The notes below the pieces were generated by a model. The model had not been told where the DNA came from. It did not search any database and saw only the letters and a list, made by a program, of their open reading frames with translations. Below are positions 9,904-19,563 of a stretch of 64,000 nucleotides of DNA, piece after piece (position 1 is the stretch's first letter; every line of letters starts with the position of its first letter). The translations under genes were made by a program, and so were the position numbers. The DNA is from Acidobacteriota bacterium (lineage in GTDB: Bacteria; Acidobacteriota; UBA6911; RPQK01; JAJDTT01): NCBI GenBank assembly GCA_965203535.1, contig OZ241897.1, positions 452,790-516,789 of the forward strand, in the 5' to 3' direction.

Positions 9904-10988
9904 CTGGCGTGGCGGCTCCCCGCCCTCTGCAACTCCTCCTCAATCACCTTCTTCATCCCTTCGTAGGGTTTGGACCCTTTCAGGGTACGGCCATTGATGA
10001 AGACCGCCGGCGTCCCGGAAACTCCGGCCACCATGCCGTCCTCCAGATCCTGCTGGACGGTCGCCGCATACTTGCCTGACTCCAGGCACTGGCTGAATGC
10101 CTCCAGGTCCAGGTTCAGTTTCCTGGCCCGGTCCGTCAGGTCCTTGGGCCCCAACTTCTTGATGTCTCCGAAAAGGGCGTCGTGCATCTCCCAGAAACGG
10201 CCCTGATCGAAGGCGCAAAGGGAAGCCTCCGCCGCCTTCTGGGCGTGGGGATGGATGCTCCTCAACGGAAACTGCCGGAAGACCACCCGGACCCGGTCAG
10301 GATATTCACCGGCAATCTTTTTCACGACGGGGGCGAGACGCGCGCAGTAGGGGCACTGGAAGTCGGAAAACTCCACCAGGGTGACCGGTGCATCCACCGG
10401 TCCCAGAGACGGACTGCTCAGGGTCCGGATCTCCACCCGGTTCGGCTCCAGGAACAACTCGACCCGACTCGCTGCCTTGAGACGATCCACATAGGCTTGA
10501 TAGCGCTTCTGGTACTGCTGCCGGCTCAGGTATCTCCGAATCTCTCCGGACATCTCCTCCAGTGACTTCTTCAGCTTCTTCCGGTTGCTCTGGTAGAAAC
10601 TGGCCACCTCCTGATCGGTCGGCTTCTTCAGGCCGGCGCCGACCTCCAGCCGCAGCAGTTCCTGGACCGGGAGCGATCGCCGCTCCGCCTCCTGCTCCAC
10701 CAGTTTCAGGCCCACCAGCCGATCCAGATTCGACTCGACCGCTCCGTGGACCTTCTCCTTGTGCTTCGCCTCGTACTGGAGACGGGTCAGGCGAAGATTC
10801 TTCAACTCCGGAGCCGCCGCCTGGCGGACTTCGTCCTCCAGGACCTCCACGCCATTGACCCGGGCCAGCACGCGGCCCTTGGCCGGCTGGGCCAACATCG
10901 ATGCCGCCATGCAACCGACCGACACCGTGACAGCCAGATTCAGAAGGACCCCACCCCGACAGGTCATCCAGTGTGATGCGTTCTTCAT
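9900..10988 (-). CDS. DsbA-family thiol:disulfide oxidoreductase with N-terminal SurA-like chaperone-type region
   Basis: Thioredoxin-fold CPYC active site (FSDFQCPYCARL) in the C-terminal half. Has a signal peptide/TM. Its stop overlaps the hupE-like start. Confidence 0.75.
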   Translation of the reverse strand: MKNASHWMTCRGGVLLNLAVTVSVGCMAASMLAQPAKGRVLARVNGVEVLEDEVRQAAAPELKNLRLTRLQYEAKHKEKVHGAVESNLDRLVGLKLVEQEAERRSLPVQELLRLEVGAGLKKPTDQEVASFYQSNRKKLKKSLEEMSGEIRRYLSRQQYQKRYQAYVDRLKAASRVELFLEPNRVEIRTLSSPSLGPVDAPVTLVEFSDFQCPYCARLAPVVKKIAGEYPDRVRVVFRQFPLRSIHPHAQKAAEASLCAFDQGRFWEMHDALFGDIKKLGPKDLTDRARKLNLDLEAFSQCLESGKYAATVQQDLEDGMVAGVSGTPAVFINGRTLKGSKPYEGMKKVIEEELQRAGSRHAR

Positions 10989-11104
10989 GACGACTCCCGG
11001 CCCTGAATGAGTTCCGGCTCAGTCTACTACGACAGGAAGACGAGAAGGGAGTAATGAGACGTTCCTTGGCAGGACCGACGTGAGCAGCCTTCCTGATCGG
11101 GAAG

Positions 11105-11200
11105 CGAGAAGTGTGGTGCTGTTGCGATTTTGACGTTACGCGCGGATGCGTGATAGGATGTGCGTATAAATGTTTATGTGCTTATGCGTAGAACTTGACC
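11105..11200 (+). promoter_or_regulatory. AT-rich putative promoter/operator patch upstream of the RHH gene
   Basis: The only markedly AT-rich stretch in the window (gtgataggatgtgcgtataaatgtttatgtgcttatgcgtagaacttgacc). It contains TATAAA and direct ATGTGC(G/T)TAT repeats. Confidence 0.3.
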
Positions 11201-11201
11201 C

Positions 11202-11438
11202 ATGATCAGATGGAGTCTTTCCATCCCGGAAGAAACCGACCGGGCACTCCGCATGTACCTTGCCCGCAATGGGGGCAGGAAAGGGGACCTATCCCGTTTT
11301 GTCGATGAAGCCGTGCGACGCCGGATTCTCGACCTGACCGTTGCCCAGGTCAAGGAACGCAATGCGGATTACAACCAACGAGAAATCCTCGAATTGATCG
11401 ACGAAGAGTTGAACGCCGCGCGTGCGGGTCATTCATAG
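11202..11438 (+). CDS. Ribbon-helix-helix (CopG/Arc/MetJ-type) DNA-binding protein; possible orphan antitoxin or autoregulator
   Basis: 78 aa. N-terminal beta-strand WSLSIPEE followed by two helices (TDRALRMYLA...LSRFVDEAVRRRI), typical of RHH. No toxin partner is adjacent. Confidence 0.6.
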   Translation: MIRWSLSIPEETDRALRMYLARNGGRKGDLSRFVDEAVRRRILDLTVAQVKERNADYNQREILELIDEELNAARAGHS

Positions 11439-12686
11439 CCGTGTGACCCGGACCCGGAGGAAGAGGCAATAGAGGGCAACGCCTCCCATTAGTGCGCTTC
11501 CCACCAGCAGGGCAAAGGGCGCGGAAATGCGGGAGGCCAGGAATCCGGCCACCAGGTTGCCCAGAGGCATGCCCCCCCTCATGGCCAGATTGAAGATGCT
11601 CACGACCCGTCCGCGCATCTCTTCGGTGGTGCCTTCCTGGACCAGCGACATGACGGAGGCAAACAGCACCATCAGGCAGACCCGGCACAGGAAGAGGAGC
11701 AACAGCCCGATGTAGAGGTTCGTGGAGACGGCGAACAGGGCCAGCAGCAGGGCCAGGACGACCTGGACCTGGATGCTGAACCGGCCGCGGTGGCTCATCC
11801 ATCCCAGGTTGGCCGAGATCAGGGCCCCCACCACCGCTCCGACCCCCGAACAGGTCATCATCCCGGCGTATCCCTCGGGACCCAGGCCGTAGATGTCCCG
11901 GGCATAGACCGGCAGGAGCATCGTCATGGGAAGGGCGCTGAAGGTCAGGACGAATCCCAGAAGGCTCAGTTGCCAGAGTGGCTTGCGAGCGCGGACGAAA
12001 CGGAGGCCGTTCCGGATCCCCTCCCAGACCGTTTCCTTTCGGGCAACAGGAAGCCAACTGCTCTTGACCAGGTAGAGGCTGCAGATCACCGCCACGAAGG
12101 ACAAGCTGTTGAGGCCGAAGCAGGCGACGGCGCCGTAGGAGGTCATGATCAACCCGGCCAGGACGGGTCCGATCACCAGAGCGAGATTGAATTGGATCGA
12201 ATTCAACGCAACCGCGTTGGCCATGTCCCGGCGCTTCACCAGGCCGGGCATCAGAGCCGCAAAGGCCGGAGCTCCGAAAGCCTGGGCCGTCCCCACCACC
12301 GTCACCAGGACCAGGAAATGCCACAACTGGACCACACCGGCGAAGACCAGAAGCGTCAGGATGAACGCGGAGGCCATCTGCGTGTACGTGGAAAAGAGCA
12401 GGAGCTTTCTCCGATCCACCCGATCCGCGGCGGCTCCTCCCAGCAGGGACAGCAAGACGACGGGCATCTGGGCCAAGAAGCCGATCAGACCCAGATAGAA
12501 GGGGGAGTTGGTCAGGGTCAGGACCAGCCAGGACTGGGCCGTCGTCTGCATCCAGGTCCCGACGGCGGAGGTGCAGGCCCCGGTCCACATCAACCGGTAG
12601 TCGCGGTACCGGAAGGCCTGGAAGGTCCTCAGGAAAACGCCCGGCCGGGAGGCATCCGAGTCTGGCATAGCGCCGGTATTATGCAC
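11433..12686 (-). CDS. MFS transporter
   Basis: 417 aa. About 12 hydrophobic segments and an MFS-like loop. Preferred over the overlapping same-strand R/G-rich ORF 11350..12588. Confidence 0.8.
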   Translation of the reverse strand: MHNTGAMPDSDASRPGVFLRTFQAFRYRDYRLMWTGACTSAVGTWMQTTAQSWLVLTLTNSPFYLGLIGFLAQMPVVLLSLLGGAAADRVDRRKLLLFSTYTQMASAFILTLLVFAGVVQLWHFLVLVTVVGTAQAFGAPAFAALMPGLVKRRDMANAVALNSIQFNLALVIGPVLAGLIMTSYGAVACFGLNSLSFVAVICSLYLVKSSWLPVARKETVWEGIRNGLRFVRARKPLWQLSLLGFVLTFSALPMTMLLPVYARDIYGLGPEGYAGMMTCSGVGAVVGALISANLGWMSHRGRFSIQVQVVLALLLALFAVSTNLYIGLLLLFLCRVCLMVLFASVMSLVQEGTTEEMRGRVVSIFNLAMRGGMPLGNLVAGFLASRISAPFALLVGSALMGGVALYCLFLRVRVTRL

Positions 12687-12735
12687 GGGAAGACTGTCCC
12701 CTGCCTCCGGCGATGGCAGTAGCGAGCGCGGTAAG

Positions 12736-13836
12736 TTACGGCGTAAAGAGAAACTCCACCACGTCCCCGTCCTGGATCTCGTATTCCCTGCCCTCGGTAC
12801 GGATCCGTCCCTTTTGGTGCATCTCCTTCCAGCTCCCGGTCCGCCACAGCTCCGAACCCGAAGCCACCTGGGCGCGGATGAATCCCCGTTCCATGTCGGT
12901 GTGGACCCTTCCGGCCGCCCGGACGGCCGGCGTGCCCCGGGGAATCTCCCAGGCCCGGAGCTTGTTCCGGGCGATGGTGTAGAAGGTGACCAGATCCAGA
13001 AGTCGAAACCCTCGCCTGATCAGGCGCTCCGGACCCGGGGCCGGCAAGTCAAGTTCGTTCAGGAACTCCTCCCTGTCCTCGGGTTCCAACTGCTGAAGTT
13101 CATGATCCAGGGATGCCGAGAGCACCAGAACCGAGGCAGGGCCGGACCGGGCCACCTCCTGCTCGAGCGTCCGGACGCAGGGGTGGTCCTCGCCGAGCGG
13201 ATAGTCCTCCTCGGCGACGTTTGCCACGTAGACGACGGGCTTGCCCGTCAACAGGCCCAGCCCTTTGAGGCGCCGTTGTGCCGGAGGGTCCAGGTCCAGC
13301 GACCTGAGGGGAACCCCCTTTTCCAAGCATTGCTGGAAAAGAAGAAACTCCTCCTTCTCCCGGGCGTATGTCCGGGGATCGGTCTTCCAGGTGTTCTGCT
13401 GCTTGGAGATGATCCGGCCGAGGACCTCCAGATCGGCCAACATCAGCTCCGTCTCCACCACCGACGCGTCCCGGGCGGGGTCCACCCGATCCAGGACGTG
13501 GACGATATCGGGGTCCGGGAAGCAGCGGACCAGGTGGATGAGGGCGTCGACCTGCCGGACATGTCCGAGGAACTGGTTGCCGAGGCCCTCTCCCCGGCTG
13601 GCTCCCCGGACCAGACCGGCAATGTCGATGAACTGAACGAAGCAGGGAGTGCACTCGCCGGGCTCCAGCAACCGCTCCAGTTCCCGAAGCCGGGAGTCCG
13701 GGACCGGCACCTGGCCCACGTTCTGGTCGATGGTGGCAAAGGGGTAGTTGGATACCCCCGCCGCCCCCGAGGTCAACGCATTGAAGAGGGTTGATTTGCC
13801 CACGTTGGGCAGACCGACGATCCCGAGGGAGAGCAT
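12736..13836 (-). CDS. ychF: Redox-regulated ribosome-binding ATPase YchF
   Basis: MLSLGIVGLPNVGKSTLFNAL (G1 motif), central YchF coiled-coil, C-terminal TGS domain. The start was set to the internal ATG at 13836, which I verified in the sequence. The upstream in-frame extension to 14193 is low-complexity and overlaps the PIG-L gene. Confidence 0.9.
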   Translation of the reverse strand: MLSLGIVGLPNVGKSTLFNALTSGAAGVSNYPFATIDQNVGQVPVPDSRLRELERLLEPGECTPCFVQFIDIAGLVRGASRGEGLGNQFLGHVRQVDALIHLVRCFPDPDIVHVLDRVDPARDASVVETELMLADLEVLGRIISKQQNTWKTDPRTYAREKEEFLLFQQCLEKGVPLRSLDLDPPAQRRLKGLGLLTGKPVVYVANVAEEDYPLGEDHPCVRTLEQEVARSGPASVLVLSASLDHELQQLEPEDREEFLNELDLPAPGPERLIRRGFRLLDLVTFYTIARNKLRAWEIPRGTPAVRAAGRVHTDMERGFIRAQVASGSELWRTGSWKEMHQKGRIRTEGREYEIQDGDVVEFLFTP

Positions 13837-13921
13837 GGTTCCATTGTAACCACCGAGGGGAGAAAGAAGGACCGTCGGGGCGACCCTCGTGGTCACCCTC
13901 CGGCGCCGGTCGTTCCCGCAC

Positions 13922-16549
13922 CTACGGTGCTTTGCCCAGGGAGAGCAGATTGGCCCAGAGGCGAAAGGCGCCCGGGACGCCCGCGGGGAGTTGCCTGAAG
14001 AATCCCAGGCCCGTGTAGACGTAAGTGCCCTTGCCGTACTTAGCAACGACCAAGGCGCCCCGTTTCGGATCGGGGTTGTTGGGGAAGGGGTCCTGCAACT
14101 CCAGCAGCGGCCGGTAGGCGGGATCCCATTCGCCCAGGAAGTAGAGACCCCGTTCCTGGACCCATCCCTCCCAATCGGCATCGGTGATGGCATTCGGCCA
14201 GTTCAGGACGGGATGGCCGGGCTCCAGGACGCGCACCGGTGACGTCTCGTCGGTGACCCGGTCGTGGGGCCGGTGAATGCGCACTGGATAGGGGCCGTAC
14301 TGCTCCCGGTTGAACTCGTACTTGTTGTACTGAACCACCAGATGGCCTCCCTGGCGCACGTATTCCAGGAGCCGATGGTTGTTGGATCTCAGGTCGGCCC
14401 GGTTCAGGTAGGCCCGGACCCCGGTCACGATGACGTCGAAACCGGACAGGTCGCTCTCGGCCAGATCCGAGGCGTCCAGGTAGGTGAGATCCAAACCCAG
14501 GTCCTCGATGGCGGCCGGGACCTGGTCGCCGACTCCCATCACATAGCCGACGCGGACCGGGGCCACCGTCACGTCGAACGCTTGGACCAGCGAACGGGCT
14601 TGCCGATAGAGGTGCCGGGTCTCGACGTGGTGGTAGTCGATGGACCGGTAGCCCTGGGAGTAGGTCCTGTTTCCGGTCCTCGCCCGGGCCTCGAGCCGGA
14701 AGCTGCCCGGCTCGAGGTCTTGCGGAGGCTCCACTTCAAAGGTGACGGTGGCGGTCTCCCCCTCCCGCCGGAACGACAGATCCCGAGTCCGTGGCTGTAT
14801 CCGCCAGCCCTCCGGCGCCAGCAGTTCCACGACCGTATCGAGACTCCCGGGACGCTCGTTCTCCACCCGGACGCGAAAGGTCTTCCCTTGAGCGGCGCCC
14901 GGCACGAAGATCCGGACCTCCGGCTCCAACTCAAGAGTCACTTCCGGGACCACCTGGAGCTCCCGCCGCCGCTCGCCGCCGATCACCGGGTCGAACCAGC
15001 GGTACTGGACGGGAACCTCAGCGCTGGCTTCGACATCGTCCGAGACATACGTGACCTGGGCCTTCAGGGCTGGTGGACTCACCGGCTCGACGCCGCTGAA
15101 ACCGTCGCGGACCGAAAATAGATCGATTTTCGAATCGGCCCGAAACCAGTACGGCTGCGTGTAGGCGACTTCGGCCGGGACCGTGACCCGGAACTCGCTG
15201 TTGGGACCGGATCTTCCCAGGCTCCGGACGTTCCAATCTCCAGCGCCCGACAACCGAACCGAGCGCAGGCGTGCCGGATTTCCCGAACGGCTCAGAAAGC
15301 GGACCTGGACCGAAACTTCTTCGCCCGGAATGACGCGTCCGTCCCGGCTCCGGCGCACCAGCGCGTCCAGGTAGATGAAGTGCCCCCGGCGGGCGGCCGC
15401 GAGAAAGTCCTTCTCCTTGGCTCGAAGCAGAAACCGAGCCTCGGCATCGCCGGTTCGGGCCGCCAATTCCCGGACCAGCGCCAGGCCCTGCATGACTCCC
15501 GCGGCCGCCTGATCCAGTCGCGACTCGGCGTAGTCGTCCCGGATCTGCCGGATCTGCCGTTGGAGCCTCTCCAGGCCGCCGGCCAACTCCCGATCATGCC
15601 GGGCCACTCTCGTCAATGAGATATCGAGGCCGCCGAAGAAACCGGTTCCGTCACCCAGTTCCGTATCGCCGTCGACCAGACGGAAGTACGCCGTACGCGA
15701 TCCCGGCTCGGGCAGGATGTTCATCCCCTGGCAGCGATGGCTGCTCCGGGCCCGGGCTCCAAACTCGGCGTACGATTCTCCCAGGAGAGGGTCGTAGCCG
15801 CCCACATCGATGGCGGCCGTCCGGCCCGAACCGGAACGTCCGTCTCCCCAAGCCCAGCCCACACCCGGGGCTTGAAACAGCCGCGTGGGCCGCCACGCCC
15901 GCAGGCCCTCATCAATCTGCTCCGGGAAACGAGCCGGATCCGACGCCTGCCGGAAGGCGCGGGCGGCCAGGCGCGCCGACGCCTGGTGATGTTGTCCTCC
16001 GCCTGCGCCACGGGGGTTGAGGGTCAAGATCACGTCCGGCCGAAACTCCCGGATCACCCGGACCACGTCTCGCAGAACCTCCTCGCCCCAGCGCTCCAGG
16101 GTCTCCTCGACACTGAAGGAGTAACCGAACTCATAGGCCCGCGTGAAGTATGGACTGGCGCCGTCGAAACGGTGCACCCGCATGAGTTCCTGGGTCCTGA
16201 GCACTCCCAGGGCCTCGAACAGTTCGGGGCCGATCTCGTTCTGTCCGCCGTCGCCCCGGGTCAGGCTCAAAAGCGCGGTCCGGATCCCGAGCCCCCGGCT
16301 CATCTTGGCCAGGACGGCGTTGTGTTCGTCGTCGGGATGGGCCGTGATGTAGAGCAGAGAGCCCGTGGCCGGGAGGCGCCGCAGCGCCAGCCCGAAGCCG
16401 GTCAGCCCCTGGTCCTCTTCCAGCTCCGGCGGAGTCGCGGACAGTGGAATGGAGAACACTGACAGCAGCAAAAACCCGACCAGGAAAAGCGGTCCGCTTC
16501 CGCATCGTGCTGTCTCGCAACGGTTGATATCGAGTCTTTCGGGATCCAT
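13922..16549 (-). CDS. Secreted multidomain PIG-L (LmbE-like) family N-acetylglucosaminyl deacetylase with C-terminal ThuA/class-I glutamine-amidotransferase-like domain
   Basis: Signal peptide. AHPDDE PIG-L signature near the N-terminus. The C-terminal region resembles ThuA-like/GATase-1-like folds. The GATase-like assignment is inferred from pattern only. Length is 875 aa. Confidence 0.65.
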   Translation of the reverse strand: MDPERLDINRCETARCGSGPLFLVGFLLLSVFSIPLSATPPELEEDQGLTGFGLALRRLPATGSLLYITAHPDDEHNAVLAKMSRGLGIRTALLSLTRGDGGQNEIGPELFEALGVLRTQELMRVHRFDGASPYFTRAYEFGYSFSVEETLERWGEEVLRDVVRVIREFRPDVILTLNPRGAGGGQHHQASARLAARAFRQASDPARFPEQIDEGLRAWRPTRLFQAPGVGWAWGDGRSGSGRTAAIDVGGYDPLLGESYAEFGARARSSHRCQGMNILPEPGSRTAYFRLVDGDTELGDGTGFFGGLDISLTRVARHDRELAGGLERLQRQIRQIRDDYAESRLDQAAAGVMQGLALVRELAARTGDAEARFLLRAKEKDFLAAARRGHFIYLDALVRRSRDGRVIPGEEVSVQVRFLSRSGNPARLRSVRLSGAGDWNVRSLGRSGPNSEFRVTVPAEVAYTQPYWFRADSKIDLFSVRDGFSGVEPVSPPALKAQVTYVSDDVEASAEVPVQYRWFDPVIGGERRRELQVVPEVTLELEPEVRIFVPGAAQGKTFRVRVENERPGSLDTVVELLAPEGWRIQPRTRDLSFRREGETATVTFEVEPPQDLEPGSFRLEARARTGNRTYSQGYRSIDYHHVETRHLYRQARSLVQAFDVTVAPVRVGYVMGVGDQVPAAIEDLGLDLTYLDASDLAESDLSGFDVIVTGVRAYLNRADLRSNNHRLLEYVRQGGHLVVQYNKYEFNREQYGPYPVRIHRPHDRVTDETSPVRVLEPGHPVLNWPNAITDADWEGWVQERGLYFLGEWDPAYRPLLELQDPFPNNPDPKRGALVVAKYGKGTYVYTGLGFFRQLPAGVPGAFRLWANLLSLGKAP

Positions 16550-16654
16550 AGACCGAACTCTCTAGATTGGGAGCAGGAGCGTGTACGCGGCCGCGGGCGA
16601 CGCAGCCTGGCGCCAAACCTGTAGAATCATACCAGTTCTCGGAACGGGGGCGGC

Positions 16655-17491
16655 ATGGGCGACACCGATTGGGCGGCGGCGGTTCAGATGACCTCGGGAG
16701 AGGACAAGGAGCGCAACCTGGAGACCGCCGAGCGGCTGGTCCGGGAAGCGGCCGGGCGGGGCGCCCGGCTGGTGGCGTTGCCCGAACTCTTCAACTGCCT
16801 GGGCCGCAAGGAGCAGGTGGTCCGCGCCGCCGAGCCGGTCCCGGGTCCCACCAGCCGGAGGATGAGCGATCTGGCGCGCCGTCTCCGGATCACCTTGTTG
16901 GCCGGCAGCCTCTGCGAGCGGGCCGAGGGCCGGGACCGGGTCTTCAACACCAGTCTTCTGTTCGACGAGTCGGGAACCCTCCTGGCCCGTTACCGCAAGA
17001 TCCACCTCTTTGACGTGGACCTGCCCGGGCGGGTGTCCTACCGGGAATCGAGCTGGATGGCTCCCGGCCGCGACGTCGTCTCCGCCGATACCGGTCATGG
17101 GCGTCTGGGCCTCTCCATCTGCTACGATCTGCGCTTCCCTGAACTTTACCGGCGGCTGGTTCGCCGGGGCTGCCGCATTCTGATGGTCCCTTCGGCCTTT
17201 TCGTTGCCGACGGGCCGGGACCACTGGGAGGTCCTGTTGCGGAGCCGCGCCATCGAAAATCAGGCGTACGTCATCGCTCCCAATCAGTTCGGTCAGCACA
17301 CGCCCGGATTCGCCACGTGCGGCCGCTCCGCCATCATCGATCCCTGGGGCGTGCCCCTGGCCGTGGCTCCTGACGGAGAAGGCGTAGTCCTGGCCCGGCT
17401 GGATGCCCGGCGTCAGGAGACCATTCGCCGGGAACTCCCCGCCCTGAGCCACCGGAGACTTGACCCCGGCGGATCGACTGAGCGAATATGA
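16655..17491 (+). CDS. Carbon-nitrogen hydrolase (nitrilase superfamily) protein
   Basis: Catalytic triad context: E in LVALPELF, K in YRKIHLFD, C in LGLSICYDLRFPE. Confidence 0.85.
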   Translation: MGDTDWAAAVQMTSGEDKERNLETAERLVREAAGRGARLVALPELFNCLGRKEQVVRAAEPVPGPTSRRMSDLARRLRITLLAGSLCERAEGRDRVFNTSLLFDESGTLLARYRKIHLFDVDLPGRVSYRESSWMAPGRDVVSADTGHGRLGLSICYDLRFPELYRRLVRRGCRILMVPSAFSLPTGRDHWEVLLRSRAIENQAYVIAPNQFGQHTPGFATCGRSAIIDPWGVPLAVAPDGEGVVLARLDARRQETIRRELPALSHRRLDPGGSTERI

Positions 17492-17515
17492 CATTCAGTT
17501 CATGCATTTTTTTGC
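17470..17515 (+). terminator. Weak candidate intrinsic terminator after the nitrilase gene
   Basis: A short imperfect hairpin followed by a T7 run (catgcatttttttgcc) just after the stop codon. The stem is poor. Confidence 0.2.
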
Positions 17516-17582
17516 CCGTTCGTTCTTGGGCACTAGTCCCGTATCGCACCGAGAGCGGGGGTCCTTCAAAAAGGGGTGAAAC

Positions 17583-18527
17583 ATGAAAAGATCGACGTCC
17601 CTGTTCGTTTCCGCCATCGTGGCGATCCTCCTCACAACGGTGAATGTCCCGGCCAGGAAGATGAAGGCGGACCAACTGGTCGCCCTCCATCTGAAGTCCA
17701 TTGGCGAGAACCTGGTCTGGAAGAACCGGGTGGCCCAGGGACTGGGCACCATGGACATCCGGGTCGGAGGCCAGGGCAAGCTGGGCGGGCCCGCCATGCT
17801 GTTGGCTGAGGCCGACAAGATGCGGACCTCCTTCAATTTCGGGCACACCCAATACCCCCAGGAGACCCTGATCCGCAATGGGGACAAGGTGGACGTTGCC
17901 TACATCAGCCCGGGCGTCCGGTCTCAACTGGGGACGGCCCTCTGGAACAACTTTCCCCGGCTGGCACAGGAGGGACTCTACGGAGGAGTTCTTTCCACCG
18001 ACTGGGCGCTGCTGGACCTGAGGAAGAAGAGGGCCAAGGTCCGCTACCGGGGACTCAAGAAGTTCGAAGGGAAAGAGCTGCACGAACTGGAGTACAGGCC
18101 CAAGAAGGGAGTCGACTACAGGATCCGGCTCTACTTCGAACCTGAGACCTTCCGGCACGTGGCCAGCAGCTACCGGCTCTCGGTGCCGGGCGGCATGGGA
18201 CGAGGATTGGTGGACATTGCCGGCGACGGTCGCACCGGTGGAGGCGCAGGCGCGGGAGGTGCCACGGCCCCGGGAGGCGGAGGCTTCTCGGGACCGCAGT
18301 ACAATACTCGTCCGGGTCCCTCCGACGGGCCGGCGAACCAGAATCGGATCAACCTGGTCGAGACCTTCTCGGACTTCAAGCAGGTCGATGGGCTGACCTT
18401 GCCGCACCTTTACCGGATCACCCTCAACGTCGACGCCCAATCCGGTTTCGTCGGACACTGGGAGATCAAGATCGACCGCATGTCGCACAATCGCAAGATC
18501 TCTGCCAAAGCCTTCGCCATCAAGTAA
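17583..18527 (+). CDS. Secreted protein of an uncharacterised paralogous family, copy 1 of 5
   Basis: Sec signal peptide with AxA-type site (..VNVPA|RK). Conserved blocks LHLKSIGEN, NRVAQGLG..DIRVGG, FPRLAQEGLYGGVLSTDWALLDL, RYRGLKKFEG, RLYFEPETFRHVASSYR, DFKQVDGLTLPH, GFVGHWEIKIDRM. Gly-rich insertion GDGRTGGGAGAGGATAPGGGGFSGP. RBS aaggggtgaaacATG. Confidence 0.85.
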   Translation: MKRSTSLFVSAIVAILLTTVNVPARKMKADQLVALHLKSIGENLVWKNRVAQGLGTMDIRVGGQGKLGGPAMLLAEADKMRTSFNFGHTQYPQETLIRNGDKVDVAYISPGVRSQLGTALWNNFPRLAQEGLYGGVLSTDWALLDLRKKRAKVRYRGLKKFEGKELHELEYRPKKGVDYRIRLYFEPETFRHVASSYRLSVPGGMGRGLVDIAGDGRTGGGAGAGGATAPGGGGFSGPQYNTRPGPSDGPANQNRINLVETFSDFKQVDGLTLPHLYRITLNVDAQSGFVGHWEIKIDRMSHNRKISAKAFAIK

Positions 18528-18578
18528 ACGTCTGAACCTTGGGGAGAAGATAGACATCCAACAGAGTAACCAGGCCCA

Positions 18579-19481
18579 ATGATCCGAATAATCCATCCGG
18601 CGGCGAGAAGCAAAATCCAAACGCCATGCAGATTCGTCGCCGCGTTCGCCGCGGCAACAATTCTCTTGATGACTCCGGTTGCGTCGGCCAAAAAGATGAA
18701 GGCCGATGCGCTGGTCGCACTCCACCTGAAGTCCATCGGCGAAAATCTGGTCCGGAAGAATCGGGTCGCTCAGGGTTTGGGCACCGTGGACATCCGGGTG
18801 GGAAACAGAGCCAAGATGGTCGGTCCGGCCATGCTCCTGGCGGAGGGGAACAAGCTCCGGACCGAAATCAAATTCGGCCATCCCCAATACGCCGGGGAGA
18901 CCCTCGTCCGCAGCGGGGAGAAGCTGGATATTGCCTACGTCAGTCCAGGCGCCCGCTCCCGACTGGGGAGTACGCTTTGGGATTTCTTCCCCCGTTTGGC
19001 CCAAGAGGGACTCTACGGAGGGATCCTCTCCACCGACTGGACGTTGCTGGACCTGGAAAAGAGACGGGCAAAGATCCGTTACCGGGGACTCAAGAAGTTC
19101 GAGGGCAGGAGGCTTCACAGGCTGGATTACAGGCCGAAGAGCGGAGTGGACTACCGGATTCGGATCTACTTCGAACCTGAGACCTACCGTCATGTGGCGA
19201 GCAGATACCGGTTGACTCTTCCGGCTGGCCTGGGGCGGGGACTCGTAAACATTCGTGGAGGAGCGTTTGGAGCCGGTTCCGGGCCCGCAGACAAGATCCG
19301 AATCACCTTGACGGAGACCTTTACGGACTTCAAGGAAGTCGATGGGTTGACCCTGCCGCATCGCTACAGGATCGCCCTCAACACATCCGCCATCGGAGGT
19401 TTCGTGGGACATTGGGAAATCAAGATCGACCGCATGATGCACGATCAGAGGATCGCCGCCAGAGCGTTCCGGATCGAATAG
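18579..19481 (+). CDS. Secreted protein of the same paralogous family, copy 2 of 5
   Basis: Collinear with copy 1 and has a signal peptide (..TPVASA|KK). Short variable loop (GGAFGAGSGPADK). Confidence 0.85.
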   Translation: MIRIIHPAARSKIQTPCRFVAAFAAATILLMTPVASAKKMKADALVALHLKSIGENLVRKNRVAQGLGTVDIRVGNRAKMVGPAMLLAEGNKLRTEIKFGHPQYAGETLVRSGEKLDIAYVSPGARSRLGSTLWDFFPRLAQEGLYGGILSTDWTLLDLEKRRAKIRYRGLKKFEGRRLHRLDYRPKSGVDYRIRIYFEPETYRHVASRYRLTLPAGLGRGLVNIRGGAFGAGSGPADKIRITLTETFTDFKEVDGLTLPHRYRIALNTSAIGGFVGHWEIKIDRMMHDQRIAARAFRIE

Positions 19482-19563
19482 ATATGAGGAATGGATCCAA
19501 GGGAGGATTGCAATGGCTGGAACCCTTGGACTGGGTGACGGCCGAATGACGATGAGGTGAATC

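Noticed and set aside
7102-9966. 954-aa + strand ORF antisense to leuA/hupE-like genes; likewise 5697..7205 (+) and 5608..6843 (-) across leuC
   Set aside because: Overlaps confidently identified leu genes on the opposite strand. Extremely G/R/P/D-rich. No motifs.
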